From Gammaproteobacteria bacterium (GTDB taxonomy: Bacteria; Pseudomonadota; Gammaproteobacteria; Pseudomonadales; Pseudohongiellaceae): DNA of 42,706 nt. The notes below the pieces were generated by a model that had not been told where the DNA came from, did not search any database, and saw only the letters and a list, made by a program, of their open reading frames with translations. A program made the translations under genes and the position numbers. Shown here one piece after another: positions 11,307 to 24,325 of the stretch. Every line of letters starts with the position of its first letter. The first letter of the stretch is position 1. The stretch lies in NCBI GenBank assembly GCA_016762975.1, contig JAESUV010000002.1, forward strand, positions 1 to 42,706, in the 5' to 3' direction.

Positions 11307-13214
11307 ATGAGCCGTTTTGAGGTTGTGCTTGTGGATTATCCCGTTCGTTATGATGTGATTGTTGTTGGTGGTGGCCATGCTGGGACAGAGGCTGCGCTTG
11401 CGTCTGCTCGTATGGGGGCCAAAACCCTACTACTTACCCACAATACCGATACCATTGGCGTAATGTCCTGCAACCCGGCGATTGGTGGCATTGGTAAAAG
11501 CCATCTAGTGAAAGAGATTGATGCCCTCGATGGCGCAATGGCCCGTGCAACGGATAAAGGCGGTATTCAATTCCGTACTTTGAATGCTCGCAAAGGCCCA
11601 GCTGTTCGCGCAACCAGAGCTCAAGCCGACCGTCAGTTATATCGTGGCGCAATTCGTGACATTGTTGAAAACCAAAAGAACCTCGATATTTTCCAAGCAT
11701 CCTGTGATGACTTAATCATGCAGGGTGAAAAAGCCGCTGGGGTCATCACGAATACCCATATGCGCATCCATGCAACGACTGTCGTTTTAACGGTGGGTAC
11801 CTTCTTAGGTGGCACTATTCATATCGGTATGGAAAACCACAAAGGTGGACGTGCGGGTGATCCTGCATCGATTGCTTTAGCTCATCGCTTACGTGAAATG
11901 CCATTTAACATTGGCCGTTTAAAAACCGGAACGCCAGCGCGTATCGATGCGCGTTCTGTCGACTTCTCCGTAATGCAGGTCCAACCTGGTGATTTACCAC
12001 TGCCTGTCATGTCCTATATGGGTAACGTGAACGAGCACCCTAGACAAGTAAACTGCCACATCACTCATACCAATGAGCGTACTCACGATATTATTCGCGC
12101 CAATCTAGATCGCTCACCTATGTATGCCGGTGTGATCGAAGGTATTGGCCCACGTTATTGCCCATCGATAGAAGATAAGGTGATGCGTTTTGCTGATAAA
12201 ACCAGCCATCAAATTTTTGTCGAGCCAGAAGGTCTACGAACTCACGAGTTATACCCCAATGGTATATCAACCAGTTTGCCGTTTGATGTGCAGCTAGAAC
12301 TTATCCACAGCATGGTCGGGTTTGAGAAAGCGCATATTACCCGCCCAGGTTATGCCATTGAATACGATTATTTCAATCCACAAGATTTAAAGCACAACCT
12401 AGAAACCAAGTTCGTTCCTAACTTGTTCTTTGCTGGCCAGATTAACGGTACTACCGGTTATGAAGAAGCCGGTGCTCAAGGTTTATTAGCGGGAGCCAAC
12501 GCCGCCTTACGCGCCTTTGAGAAAGAAGCTTGGAGCCCACGTCGTGATGAAGCGTATATGGGTGTATTAGTCGATGACCTGATCACCATGGGTACCAAAG
12601 AACCGTATCGCATGTTCACTAGTCGCGCTGAATATCGTTTAATTCTGCGTGAAGACAATGCCGACTTACGCTTAACCGAAATTGGCCGTAATCTTGGTTT
12701 AGTCGGTGATGAACGTTGGGCTGCTTTCTGCGAAAAGAAAGAATCCATCGAAAAAGAAAATCAGCGTTTAGCCTCGACTTGGATACAGCCAAAAACCCCA
12801 GAAGGGGATGCGGTGAATGCTATGATCGAAAGTCCACTAAGTCGTGAATACAGTTTAAAGGATTTGTTGAAACGCCCTGGTTTGAGTTATGCCGATATCG
12901 CCGGTCTTAAAGGTGAAGTCGTTAGCGATCCTAGAGTCGCCGAGCAGGTAGAGATTCAAGCCAAGTACGATGGTTATATTGCACGTCAACTAGACGACAT
13001 CGAACAAATGCGTCGCTACGAAGCAACTCCATTACCAGAGAACTTCGATTACACTGTGATTGGTGGTCTGTCTAACGAAGTTATACAGAAGCTAGATACC
13101 ATGAAGCCAGAAACTTTGGGTAGTGCTTCTCGCATTCAAGGGGTAACCCCTGCGGCGATTAGCCAGATTCTAGTACATATGAAAAAGCTAAAATTAGCGC
13201 GTAAGAGCGCTTAG
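11307..13214 (+). CDS. mnmG: tRNA uridine 5-carboxymethylaminomethyl modification enzyme MnmG (GidA)
   Basis: FAD motif [12 protein letters not shown]. The length is typical. GTG at 11331 is preceded by GAGG and gives [15 protein letters not shown], the usual N-terminal spacing, so it may be the real start. Confidence 0.95.
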   Translation: MSRFEVVLVDYPVRYDVIVVGGGHAGTEAALASARMGAKTLLLTHNTDTIGVMSCNPAIGGIGKSHLVKEIDALDGAMARATDKGGIQFRTLNARKGPAVRATRAQADRQLYRGAIRDIVENQKNLDIFQASCDDLIMQGEKAAGVITNTHMRIHATTVVLTVGTFLGGTIHIGMENHKGGRAGDPASIALAHRLREMPFNIGRLKTGTPARIDARSVDFSVMQVQPGDLPLPVMSYMGNVNEHPRQVNCHITHTNERTHDIIRANLDRSPMYAGVIEGIGPRYCPSIEDKVMRFADKTSHQIFVEPEGLRTHELYPNGISTSLPFDVQLELIHSMVGFEKAHITRPGYAIEYDYFNPQDLKHNLETKFVPNLFFAGQINGTTGYEEAGAQGLLAGANAALRAFEKEAWSPRRDEAYMGVLVDDLITMGTKEPYRMFTSRAEYRLILREDNADLRLTEIGRNLGLVGDERWAAFCEKKESIEKENQRLASTWIQPKTPEGDAVNAMIESPLSREYSLKDLLKRPGLSYADIAGLKGEVVSDPRVAEQVEIQAKYDGYIARQLDDIEQMRRYEATPLPENFDYTVIGGLSNEVIQKLDTMKPETLGSASRIQGVTPAAISQILVHMKKLKLARKSA

Positions 13215-13219
13215 CTTTA

Positions 13220-13774
13220 ATGGATAGAGAGAAAATGGATATAGAGCTCTCAGCAGTAGAGCTAACTGAGCGTATGAAAATGCGCTCAGGCCAATCCTAC
13301 AATAGCCTCGATATCGAATTGAGGTTACTGCGCGAAAAAGCCCGTCTGGCTTGTGGCAAATACAATGCTCATCCAAGCAAAGGCAACTTTAAGCATATCA
13401 GTCGTTTATTCCACAAGTTATCCACAGTTGTTATAGAGCCAGGTTTTCAATGCGATTACGGTGGCCAAATATCCTTAGGAAATAACTTCTACGCCAATTT
13501 TAATTGTGTATTCCTTGATAGTGCAGCTATTACCATTGGTGATGACGTTATGCTGGGGCCCGCAGTCCACATTTATACGGTTGATCATCCTCGTGATGCC
13601 CAAGCTCGAAAGGCAGGTGGTTGTATCGCTAAACCTGTAATTATTGGTAATGGAGTTTGGCTTGGTGGTGGAGCCAAGATACTGCCTGGAGTGACTATTG
13701 GTGAGAATGCCATTATCGGCGCCAATGCTGTCGTGACCAAAGATGTAGAAGCGAATACCCGTTTTCTGGGTTGA
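13220..13774 (+). CDS. maltose/galactoside O-acetyltransferase family protein (left-handed beta-helix, hexapeptide repeats)
   Basis: EPGFQCDYGGQISLGNNFYANFNCVFLD...HIYTVDHP...KPVIIGNGVWLGGGAKILPGVTIGENAIIGANAVVTKDV matches the Maa/LacA pattern. It ends about 10 aa earlier than E. coli Maa as I recall it. Confidence 0.8.
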   Translation: MDREKMDIELSAVELTERMKMRSGQSYNSLDIELRLLREKARLACGKYNAHPSKGNFKHISRLFHKLSTVVIEPGFQCDYGGQISLGNNFYANFNCVFLDSAAITIGDDVMLGPAVHIYTVDHPRDAQARKAGGCIAKPVIIGNGVWLGGGAKILPGVTIGENAIIGANAVVTKDVEANTRFLG

Positions 13775-13885
13775 TGTTTTAAAAGCATTAACCACAGAGA
13801 CTGCATATCTCGATGATAAGAGCTTTTCATCTTTTATGTTAGAATATCCGACTCTTTAAATCGACAGATTCAAGCGCGGCAAATT

Positions 13886-14515
13886 ATGGCTAACTACTCT
13901 TCAGCAATTTCCACGGGCGCTACCCAAATGGGTGTTTCTTTAAGCGATCAGCAACTTGAACTCTTGGTTGAGTACTTAGAACTGTTCATTAAATGGAACA
14001 AAGCCTATAACTTGTCGGCGATTCGTGACCCCGCACAAATGATTCCACTACACCTATTAGATAGTCTTATCGTGAATTCTTATATTCAAGCTGTGGATAA
14101 CATTATAGATGTCGGTACAGGCGCTGGTTTACCGGGTATTGTGCTAGCAATTATGAACCCGGAAAAGAAGTTCACTTTGCTTGATAGTAACGGTAAGAAG
14201 ACACGCTTCCTGTTTCAGGCAAAATTAGCCTTAAAGCTGAATAATGTCACCATTATTAATGAGCGTGTAGAAGCCTATCAACCTGAGCAAGGTTTCGATA
14301 TGATCGTATCCCGCGCTTTTGCTTCTATCACCGATATGACTTATTGGTGTACGCACTTGTTAGCAGAAAACGGCATTTTCTTAGCCATGAAGGGTCAATA
14401 CCCCACGGCAGAATTTGCGGCGGTAGCGGATAAATATGAATTAATCGAAAGCCACGAATTAGACGTTCCTGGGGTCGACGGTGAACGTCATCTGTTAGCC
14501 TTTAAACCAAAATAA
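13886..14515 (+). CDS. rsmG: 16S rRNA (guanine527-N7)-methyltransferase RsmG (GidB)
   Basis: 209 aa with SAM motif DVGTGAGLPGIVLA. Synteny is mnmG...rsmG-parA-parB. Confidence 0.93.
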   Translation: MANYSSAISTGATQMGVSLSDQQLELLVEYLELFIKWNKAYNLSAIRDPAQMIPLHLLDSLIVNSYIQAVDNIIDVGTGAGLPGIVLAIMNPEKKFTLLDSNGKKTRFLFQAKLALKLNNVTIINERVEAYQPEQGFDMIVSRAFASITDMTYWCTHLLAENGIFLAMKGQYPTAEFAAVADKYELIESHELDVPGVDGERHLLAFKPK

Positions 14516-14554
14516 TTTAAACATCCCTTATTGTCTGGGCTGCAGGATAGCGAA

Positions 14555-15412
14555 ATGAGCAAAATATTAGTCGTTGCCAATCAAAAAGGTGGTGTGGGTA
14601 AAACCACCACTGCAGTTAACCTGTCAGCTTCACTTGCCGCTACTAAGCGCAAAGTGCTTATGGTCGACCTTGATCCTCAAGGTAATGCGACAATGGGCTG
14701 TGGTATTGATAAGCATGATTTAGAGCTGTCTCTCTATGATGTATTAACCGCTAAGTGCAATATTGCGGATGTTATCATGGCTGCCGGAAATGGAGGCTTT
14801 GACGTAGTACCCACCAATTCAGATTTAACCGCGGCTGAAGTTGAGCTGATGAGTATGCCGCAACGAGAGACGCGTTTACGTACTGCGCTAGCCGAAGTGA
14901 GTGCTAACTATGATTACATTATTATTGACTGTCCGCCGTCATTAAGCATGTTAACGGTCAATGCTATGGTCGCTGCGCAAGGTGTTTTGATTCCGATGCA
15001 GTGTGAGTATTATGCCTTGGAAGGTTTGTCGGCTCTGATGCAAACCATTGAAAAGATTAAATCTAGTTTAAACCCTGAATTGGTTATTGAAGGTATATTG
15101 CGCACTATGTATGACCCGCGCAACAGTCTTACGACGGATGTGTCGACACAGTTGATTACGCATTTTGGTGATAAGGTCTACAGCACCGTCATTCCACGTA
15201 ATGTACGTCTAGCAGAAGCACCAAGTTATGGGCTTCCCGTGTTAGCTTATGACAAAAATTCTCGTGGCGCAGTGGCTTATTTAGCGTTGGCTGGTGAAAT
15301 GAATCGTCGTACGAAGAGTAAGAAAAGTGCTGCTAAAAAAGCAAGTACAAATAAAGTGATAAATAAAGCGGCTGGTACAACAACCAGCAAAAGCGCAACT
15401 AGCCAAGCATAA
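14555..15412 (+). CDS. parA: chromosome partitioning ATPase ParA (Soj) with Lys/Ser/Thr-rich C-terminal tail
   Basis: Deviant Walker A KGGVGKTTT. ATG 14555 is preceded by AGGA; the ORF track starts at TTG 14531. Confidence 0.93.
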   Translation: MSKILVVANQKGGVGKTTTAVNLSASLAATKRKVLMVDLDPQGNATMGCGIDKHDLELSLYDVLTAKCNIADVIMAAGNGGFDVVPTNSDLTAAEVELMSMPQRETRLRTALAEVSANYDYIIIDCPPSLSMLTVNAMVAAQGVLIPMQCEYYALEGLSALMQTIEKIKSSLNPELVIEGILRTMYDPRNSLTTDVSTQLITHFGDKVYSTVIPRNVRLAEAPSYGLPVLAYDKNSRGAVAYLALAGEMNRRTKSKKSAAKKASTNKVINKAAGTTTSKSATSQA

Positions 15413-15446
15413 GCGCCGCTAGCACTCAAAATTATTGGAAATTAGC

Positions 15447-16382
15447 ATGTCAAAGAAACGTGGCCTAGGTCGTGGCCTCGATGCATTATTAGGTGATGCA
15501 TTAGCGCAAAATAAATCTGCAACGGATGCTGCGGGTACTACTGAAGTGAGCATACAACCGAATGAGGTTGATAAGCACAATGGTGGTATTAAACATTTGC
15601 CGGTTGAATTCATTCAGCCAGGGCAATACCAGCCACGTAAAGACATGCATCAAGAAGCATTAGAAGAGCTTGCGGCTTCTATTAAAGCGCAAGGTTTAAT
15701 GCAGCCGATCGTTATTCGTCCACTCCCGAGTAAAGAGTCTAATCAAGAGCCAGGCAAAGACGCTCGTTATGAAATCATTGCTGGTGAGCGTCGTTGGCGT
15801 GCAACTCAACTTGCGGGTCTTGATACGGTACCTGTGATTATTAAAGATGTTCCTGATGATGCCGCGATTGCGATGTCTTTAATCGAGAACATTCAGCGTG
15901 AAAATCTAAACTCGATGGAAGAAGCCCAGGCCCTTTATCGTTTACAGCAAGAATTCGAACTGACTCAACAAGAAGTTGGGGATGCGGTGGGTAAATCCCG
16001 CGCGACGGTGGCTAACTTATTACGCTTAATGCAGCTTAATGACGATGTGAAAATCATGCTAGAACGTGGCGATATAGAAATGGGTCACGCGAAAGCACTA
16101 TTAGGGTTACAAGATCAAAAGCAAAGCGAAGCCGCCCGCTATGTTATTACAAAAGACATGACGGTACGCCAAACAGAAGCGCATGTGCGCAACTTGCAGA
16201 ATGAAGTAAAGCCGAAAGAAAAAGCCCGTCCTAATCCCGATATCCAGCGTTTAGAACGCACATTAGGTGAACGCTTAGGGGCTAATGTAGCGATTCAGCA
16301 CTCAGCCAAAGGTAAGGGTAAGCTGGTGATTAATTACAGCAGTCTTGATGAGTTAGATGGGATTTTGGCTCATATTCAATAG
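15447..16382 (+). CDS. parB: chromosome partitioning protein ParB (Spo0J)
   Basis: N-terminal KRGLGRGLDALL, arginine patch IIAGERRWRA, and an HTH region. ATG 15447 is the likely start; the track starts at TTG 15435. Confidence 0.93.
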   Translation: MSKKRGLGRGLDALLGDALAQNKSATDAAGTTEVSIQPNEVDKHNGGIKHLPVEFIQPGQYQPRKDMHQEALEELAASIKAQGLMQPIVIRPLPSKESNQEPGKDARYEIIAGERRWRATQLAGLDTVPVIIKDVPDDAAIAMSLIENIQRENLNSMEEAQALYRLQQEFELTQQEVGDAVGKSRATVANLLRLMQLNDDVKIMLERGDIEMGHAKALLGLQDQKQSEAARYVITKDMTVRQTEAHVRNLQNEVKPKEKARPNPDIQRLERTLGERLGANVAIQHSAKGKGKLVINYSSLDELDGILAHIQ

Positions 16383-16520
16383 CGCGTATTGGTCTAAAAA
16401 ATAATAAACCAATACCTATCAATAATTAAATCAACCTAAAGGCCAGCTTTAGGTTGAAGATTGTGACGCAAATCAATATAATCCATGCGCCTAAAATTGT
16501 AGGCGAAAGAGAGGTCTTCC

Positions 16521-16889
16521 GTGACATCGATAGCTAGACCTCCGGTTTATCGCATTGCCATAATGCAGTTTTCTTTAAGCATAATTATCGCGTTATTCGC
16601 CTTGATTCATAGCTTTGAAGCGGGTTATTCAGCCTTGTTAGGTGGTTTAACCTGTGCAATACCCAGTGGGTATTTCATTTGGCGGGCGTTTAAATACAGC
16701 GGTGCTCGATCTGTTGATCAGGTCGTATTGTCGTTTTATCGAGGACAGTCGTGGAAATTCGTTCTCACCGCAATGAGTTTTGCAGTGATATTTTCTCGAG
16801 TAGATCCTTTGAATCCCTGGGCATTGTTTGGGGCGTTCATCACAGTGCAGTTTAGTCACGTGATGGCAGCAAGAATTGCGAAGCTCTGA
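16521..16889 (+). CDS. atpI: F0F1 ATP synthase subunit I
   Basis: 122-aa hydrophobic protein immediately upstream of atpB. The call rests on position and hydrophobicity. Confidence 0.7.
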   Translation: MTSIARPPVYRIAIMQFSLSIIIALFALIHSFEAGYSALLGGLTCAIPSGYFIWRAFKYSGARSVDQVVLSFYRGQSWKFVLTAMSFAVIFSRVDPLNPWALFGAFITVQFSHVMAARIAKL

Positions 16890-16956
16890 TGACTTCATTC
16901 TGAGAATGAATTGATCAGAGCTTTTAACACTTTTTTAAACTTAAGATTGAGAGTGA

Positions 16957-17859
<903 letters not shown>

Positions 17860-17883
17860 TTTTTTAAACGTTTTACTCACTAA

Positions 17884-18138
<255 letters not shown>

Positions 18139-18165
18139 TTTCATTTTATTTAAGAGGGCTCTGGC

Positions 18166-18636
18166 ATGAACATTAATGCAACTTTGATCGGCCAGATCAT
18201 TACTTTCGCAATCTTCGTGGCGTTTTGCATGAAGTTTGTTTGGCCTCACCTTATTGGTGCAATGGTTGAACGCGAAAAGAAAATTGCTGACGGCCTAGAT
18301 GCTGCTAATCGCGCTACTCGTGACTTGGAACTTGCTCAACAAAAAGCAGGCGAACATTTACGTGAAAGCAAAGAGAAAGCTGCAGAAATCATTGAGCTAG
18401 CTAACAAGCGCGCTAACCAAATCATCGATGAAGCGAAAGACGCTGCTCGTGAAGAAGGTTCTCGTTTGCAAGCTGCAGCTCAAGCTGAAATTGAGCAAGA
18501 TGTGAATCGTGCTAAAGAAGGATTGCGTCAACAGGTTGCTGCTCTTGCAGTAGCTGGTGCATCCAAAATCTTGGCAAAATCAGTTGATGAAGCAGTTCAT
18601 AGCGAATTGCTTGATCAGTTGGCTAACGAGCTTTAA
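18166..18636 (+). CDS. atpF: ATP synthase F0 subunit b
   Basis: 156 aa with an N-terminal TM segment followed by a long charged helix. Operon position supports the call. Confidence 0.93.
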   Translation: MNINATLIGQIITFAIFVAFCMKFVWPHLIGAMVEREKKIADGLDAANRATRDLELAQQKAGEHLRESKEKAAEIIELANKRANQIIDEAKDAAREEGSRLQAAAQAEIEQDVNRAKEGLRQQVAALAVAGASKILAKSVDEAVHSELLDQLANEL

Positions 18637-18647
18637 GCGAGGAAGCC

Positions 18648-19184
18648 ATGGCTGAATTAACCACTCTTGCGCGGCCTTATGCCAAAGCAGCTTTTGCAGA
18701 AGCAATAGAGCAGAATGCTCTAGTACAGTGGTCTGACATGTTATCGATTGCGACTCAGTTCGCAACCGATGACGAGTTGGCTAAAGTACTAGTCCATCCG
18801 TCTCTTACTGCTGAGCAACAAGCTACGGCATTAACCGACTTGTGCGGTGACAAGTTAAATCAATCAGGAAAAAATTTCCTGATGATTCTAGGCGAAAATA
18901 AACGTCTAACTTTGTTACCACAAATTGTTGAAGCCTTTGAAGAATTAAAAGCAGCACAGGAACACGCTATTGACGTGACTGTAACCTCTGCTTTTGAACT
19001 AACAGACGCACAACAAGAAACATTGTCTCTAGCACTGAAAAACAAATTACAGTGCGACGTACGATTAACGAGCGAAGTTGACCAATCATTGGTTGGTGGC
19101 GCTATTATTCGTGCTGGAGACTTAGTCATCGACGGCTCTGTTCGCGGTAAGCTAGCGAAGCTAGCCGAAGCAATGGACACCTAG
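18648..19184 (+). CDS. atpH: ATP synthase F1 subunit delta
   Basis: 178 aa starting MAELTTLARPYAKAAF. Operon position supports the call. Confidence 0.93.
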   Translation: MAELTTLARPYAKAAFAEAIEQNALVQWSDMLSIATQFATDDELAKVLVHPSLTAEQQATALTDLCGDKLNQSGKNFLMILGENKRLTLLPQIVEAFEELKAAQEHAIDVTVTSAFELTDAQQETLSLALKNKLQCDVRLTSEVDQSLVGGAIIRAGDLVIDGSVRGKLAKLAEAMDT

Positions 19185-19201
19185 TTGAGGGATGAATTAG
19201 C

Positions 19202-20740
19202 ATGCAGCAACTGAATCCATCTGAGATCAGCGAAATCATTAAGAAGCGCATCGATAACCTTGATGTTACTTCTCAAGCCCAGAATGAGGGCACCGTTGTA
19301 TCAGTATTCGACGGTATCGTTCGTATCCATGGTCTTGCCGACGTAATGTACGGTGAGATGATTGAATTTGAAGGCGGTAAATACGGTCTTGCGCTTAACC
19401 TAGAGCGTGACTCTGTAGGTGCAGTAGTTCTTGGTGATTACAAGACTATCGCTGAAGGCCAAACCGCTAAATGTACTGGCCGTATTTTAGAAGTACCTGT
19501 AGGCGAAGCTATGCTTGGCCGCGTTGTAGACGCATTAGGTACTCCAATTGACGGTAAAGGTCCTATTGAAGCTGAAAGAACTGCTCCTATTGAACGTGTT
19601 GCACCTGGTGTAATTTCACGTCAAAGCGTAGATCAGCCTCTTGAAACTGGTTATAAAGCAGTAGATTCCATGGTACCTGTTGGTCGTGGTCAACGTGAGT
19701 TGATTATTGGCGATCGCCAGACTGGTAAATCTGCAATGGCTATCGACGCCATCATTAACCAGAAAGGCACCGGTGTTAAATGTATTTATGTAGCTATCGG
19801 CCAAAAGCAATCTTCTATAGCAGCAGTTGTGCGTAAGTTAGAAGAGCATGGCGCGATGGAACACACCATTATTGTTGCCGCGGGCGCATCTGAATCAGCT
19901 TCAATGCTGTATCTTGCTCCATACGCGGGTTGTGCAATGGGTGAATACTTCCTAGATAAGGGCGAAGATGCCTTGATCGTATATGATGATTTAACCAAGC
20001 AAGCTTGGGCTTATCGTCAGATCTCACTATTGTTGAAACGTCCTCCGGGTCGTGAAGCATATCCTGGTGATGTTTTCTATCTTCACTCACGTCTATTAGA
20101 ACGTGCTTGTCGTGTGAACCCTGATTACGTTAAAAAAATCAGTGGCGTTGAAGGAAAGACTGGTTCTTTAACCGCTCTTCCTATCATTGAAACACAAGGC
20201 GGCGACGTTTCTGCATTCGTACCAACCAACGTAATTTCGATTACTGATGGTCAGATCTTCCTTGAAACTAGCCTATTCAATGCCGGCGTACGTCCAGCAA
20301 TGAACGCAGGTATTTCAGTTTCTCGTGTAGGTGGTGCGGCGCAAACTAAAATCATTAAGAAGTTGGGCGGTGGTATTCGTCTAGCTTTGGCTCAGTACCG
20401 TGAACTAGCAGCATTTGCTCAGTTTGCTTCTGACCTTGACGACGTTACTCGTGCTCAACTTGAGTTCGGTCAGCGCGTTACAGAGTTAATGAAGCAGAAG
20501 CAATATGATCCTATGTCTACTGCGGAAATGGGTTTATCGATTTTTGCTGCTAACGAAGGCTTCCTAGACGACGTTGAAGTAAGCAAAATTGGCGATTTCG
20601 AAGCCGCTTTATTGTCCTATGCCAACAGCGAATTCGCTGACCTAATGGCTAAGATCAATGTTAAAGGCGACTACAACAAAGATATCGCAGCTGGGCTAAA
20701 AGAGTTACTTGAGAAATTCAAAGCAACTCAGGCTTGGTAG
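19202..20740 (+). CDS. atpA: ATP synthase F1 subunit alpha
   Basis: 512 aa with Walker [10 protein letters not shown]. Confidence 0.97.
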   Translation: MQQLNPSEISEIIKKRIDNLDVTSQAQNEGTVVSVFDGIVRIHGLADVMYGEMIEFEGGKYGLALNLERDSVGAVVLGDYKTIAEGQTAKCTGRILEVPVGEAMLGRVVDALGTPIDGKGPIEAERTAPIERVAPGVISRQSVDQPLETGYKAVDSMVPVGRGQRELIIGDRQTGKSAMAIDAIINQKGTGVKCIYVAIGQKQSSIAAVVRKLEEHGAMEHTIIVAAGASESASMLYLAPYAGCAMGEYFLDKGEDALIVYDDLTKQAWAYRQISLLLKRPPGREAYPGDVFYLHSRLLERACRVNPDYVKKISGVEGKTGSLTALPIIETQGGDVSAFVPTNVISITDGQIFLETSLFNAGVRPAMNAGISVSRVGGAAQTKIIKKLGGGIRLALAQYRELAAFAQFASDLDDVTRAQLEFGQRVTELMKQKQYDPMSTAEMGLSIFAANEGFLDDVEVSKIGDFEAALLSYANSEFADLMAKINVKGDYNKDIAAGLKELLEKFKATQAW

Positions 20741-20804
20741 TTTTGTGAACTGAAGTTGGGTTGTAAGACCCAGCTTTCAATTTAACGTTAATGAGGCAGC
20801 TTTT

Positions 20805-21665
20805 ATGGCAGTCGGCAAAGAGATTAAAGAGCAGATAACGAGTGTACAAAGTACACAGAAAATTACTTCAGCGATGGAAAAAGTTGCTGTAAGTAAGATG
20901 CGTCGTGCTCAAGCTCGTATGGTTCAAAGCCGTCCATACGCGGATCGTATCCGTGTAGTGATTGGTCACTTGGCTAATGCGAACTCTGAATACCGCCATC
21001 GTTATTTGCAAGACCGCGAAGTTAAGCGTGTTGGCTACATCGTGGTGTCTTCCGACCGAGGCCTTTGTGGTGGTTTGAACAATAATGCGTTCAAGCACCT
21101 CGTAAAAGATATTAAAGTTTGGAAAGAAAAAGGTGTAGAAGCTTGCTTCTGCCCTATCGGCGCTAAAGCCGTTACTTTCTTTAAAAACTTTGGTGGCAAC
21201 GTTCTAGCATCCGCCAGCCATTTAGGCGATGCACCAGAACTGGCTAGCCTTATCGGTTCGGTTAAGGCCATGTTAGACGCTTTCGATGCAGGTGATATCG
21301 ATCGTCTTTACATAGTACGCAACCGTTTCGTGAACACCATGATACAAGCACCTGAAGTGGCTCAATTATTACCACTGCAGGCGCAATCCGATGAAGATCT
21401 GAAAGGTCACTGGGATTATATCTACGAACCTGATGCAAAAGAGATCTTAGAAGGTCTGTTATTGCGTTATGTAGAATCTCAGGTATATCAAGGTGTAGTA
21501 GAAAACAATGCATGTGAACAAGCAGCTCGTATGTTGGCAATGAAAAGCGCCACCGACAATGCAAATGACATCATTGATGATTTGAACATGCTTTATAACA
21601 AAGCACGTCAATCAGCTATTACCCAAGAAATTTCAGAAATCGTCAGCGGTGCTGCAGCGGTATAA
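20805..21665 (+). CDS. atpG: ATP synthase F1 subunit gamma
   Basis: 286 aa. Conserved C terminus ...[20 protein letters not shown]. Confidence 0.95.
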   Translation: MAVGKEIKEQITSVQSTQKITSAMEKVAVSKMRRAQARMVQSRPYADRIRVVIGHLANANSEYRHRYLQDREVKRVGYIVVSSDRGLCGGLNNNAFKHLVKDIKVWKEKGVEACFCPIGAKAVTFFKNFGGNVLASASHLGDAPELASLIGSVKAMLDAFDAGDIDRLYIVRNRFVNTMIQAPEVAQLLPLQAQSDEDLKGHWDYIYEPDAKEILEGLLLRYVESQVYQGVVENNACEQAARMLAMKSATDNANDIIDDLNMLYNKARQSAITQEISEIVSGAAAV

Positions 21666-21680
21666 CGCTGAGCAACGTAG

Positions 21681-23102
<1,422 letters not shown>

Positions 23103-23119
23103 TCAAAGAGGCCAATACT

Positions 23120-23548
23120 ATGACCATGATATCTGTCCATTGTGACATCGTCAGCGCAGAGGAAAGCATTTTCTCTGGGTTGGTAGAAATGGTAGTAGCA
23201 GCCGGTGAGTTGGGTGACCTGGGTATTTCCCGTGGTCACGCTCCTTTGCTTACTGCATTGAAGCCAGGTCCTATTCGCATCATCAAACAAGGTGGTGAGG
23301 AAGAAGTGATCTACGTTTCAGGCGGTTATTTAGAAGTTCAGCCAAACAATATATCTGTTTTGGCTGATACCGCCTTGCGTGCTGCCGACCTCGATGAGGC
23401 CGCAGCATTAGAAGCACAGAAACATGCTCAGAAAGCGTTAGAAAATCAGAGTGCAGACTTTGACTACTCACGCGCTATGTCTCAGTTGGCAGAAGCCGCA
23501 GCTCAGTTGCGGACTATCCAGCAGATTCGTAAAAAGCTGGGCAAGTAA
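23120..23548 (+). CDS. atpC: ATP synthase F1 subunit epsilon
   Basis: 142 aa. Last gene of the operon. Confidence 0.93.
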   Translation: MTMISVHCDIVSAEESIFSGLVEMVVAAGELGDLGISRGHAPLLTALKPGPIRIIKQGGEEEVIYVSGGYLEVQPNNISVLADTALRAADLDEAAALEAQKHAQKALENQSADFDYSRAMSQLAEAAAQLRTIQQIRKKLGK

Positions 23549-23576
23549 TTCTAGTTTAACTAGAAATCTTGCTTCT

Positions 23577-23613
23577 AAAAAACCGAATCCCAGTAATGGG
23601 GTTCGGTTTTTTT
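23577..23613. terminator. bidirectional Rho-independent terminator between convergent atpC and ubiT
   Basis: AAAAAACCGAATCCC-AGTAAT-GGGGTTCGGTTTTTTT. The stem (with one G-U pair) is flanked by an A-run and a T-run, so it can terminate in both directions. Confidence 0.75.
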
Positions 23614-23632
23614 ATGCCTGTGATTTATTAAA

Positions 23633-24214
23633 TTAGCTCACTTGTAAGCTTATTAATTCATCAGACCAAGTATCCAATACTTCTCTAAAAGGCTTATCGA
23701 GTAACGCCAGATCAAATTGATCGAACAGATTTTTAATTTCTAATCCTAGTTCGGTATCCCCAGTAATCTTTAACTTACGATTAAAGAATAAGGTATCGGG
23801 ATCAATTTTTTGTGAAGCCATTAATACCAACGCATCCACAGATGCACTGAAAACCACATCAGGCTCTGAGCTGATAGATAAGGACTCAGCCTTATCCATC
23901 ATCACCAGCTGCTGACCTACTTTGCTGAAATACCACTTTGCTGATAAATCTCTAATCTCAACTTCAACAACCTTGTCATCCAAAAAATCAATCTCGTGAT
24001 CATCCATAAATGGCTGACTTAAGCGTTTAACTTGATGTAAGACAAAGTAGTTCTCAACCTTAGTCGGCATAATCTTGTGCGCTATCGATAGCAATGCCGC
24101 AGAGTTTTCTACGATCTTTTGCTTAGCCTTACTAAAAAGGCGCGTTGGCACTGCCTCTTTAAGTGAAGGACTATTTAGAACAGCCCTATTTGGCATCAAT
24201 TTTTGTAATAGCAT
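23633..24214 (-). CDS. ubiT: SCP2-domain lipid-binding protein, UbiT (YhbT)-like
   Basis: C-terminal SCP2 signature DPDTLFFNRKLKITGDTELGLEIKNLF. It is divergent from a ubiU-ubiV pair, as in E. coli yhbT/yhbUV. Confidence 0.75.
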   Translation of the reverse strand: MLLQKLMPNRAVLNSPSLKEAVPTRLFSKAKQKIVENSAALLSIAHKIMPTKVENYFVLHQVKRLSQPFMDDHEIDFLDDKVVEVEIRDLSAKWYFSKVGQQLVMMDKAESLSISSEPDVVFSASVDALVLMASQKIDPDTLFFNRKLKITGDTELGLEIKNLFDQFDLALLDKPFREVLDTWSDELISLQVS

Positions 24215-24280
24215 AATAGATCCGTAAAGCTCAATGAGTGGGGATTAGAGCTTAGTTTACTGGGCCTTGCTGATGATGCC

Positions 24281-24294
24281 TTAATCAAGATCAA
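24281..24294. promoter_or_regulatory. FNR/CRP-family-like box TTAAT-CAAG-ATCAA
   Basis: One mismatch to the FNR consensus TTGAT-N4-ATCAA (G3 is replaced by A). It lies in the ubiT/ubiU divergent spacer, centred about 73 bp from the ubiT ATG. Confidence 0.3.
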
Positions 24295-24325
24295 GAAACA
24301 GCATAGAGTCTTTTATGGAGAGATT

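Noticed and set aside
16433-16455. Hairpin AACCTAAAG-GCCAG-CTTTAGGTT after parB as a Rho-independent terminator
   Set aside because: The 9-bp stem is good, but no T-tract follows it (the next bases are GAAGATTG). I cannot support calling it an intrinsic terminator. It may be an RNA stability element upstream of atpI.
23549-23565. Palindrome TTCTAGTT-T-AACTAGAA right after the atpC stop, as a terminator or operator
   Set aside because: A 1-nt loop cannot form a stable hairpin, and the real terminator follows at 23577-23613. It may be a protein site, but I have no supporting evidence.
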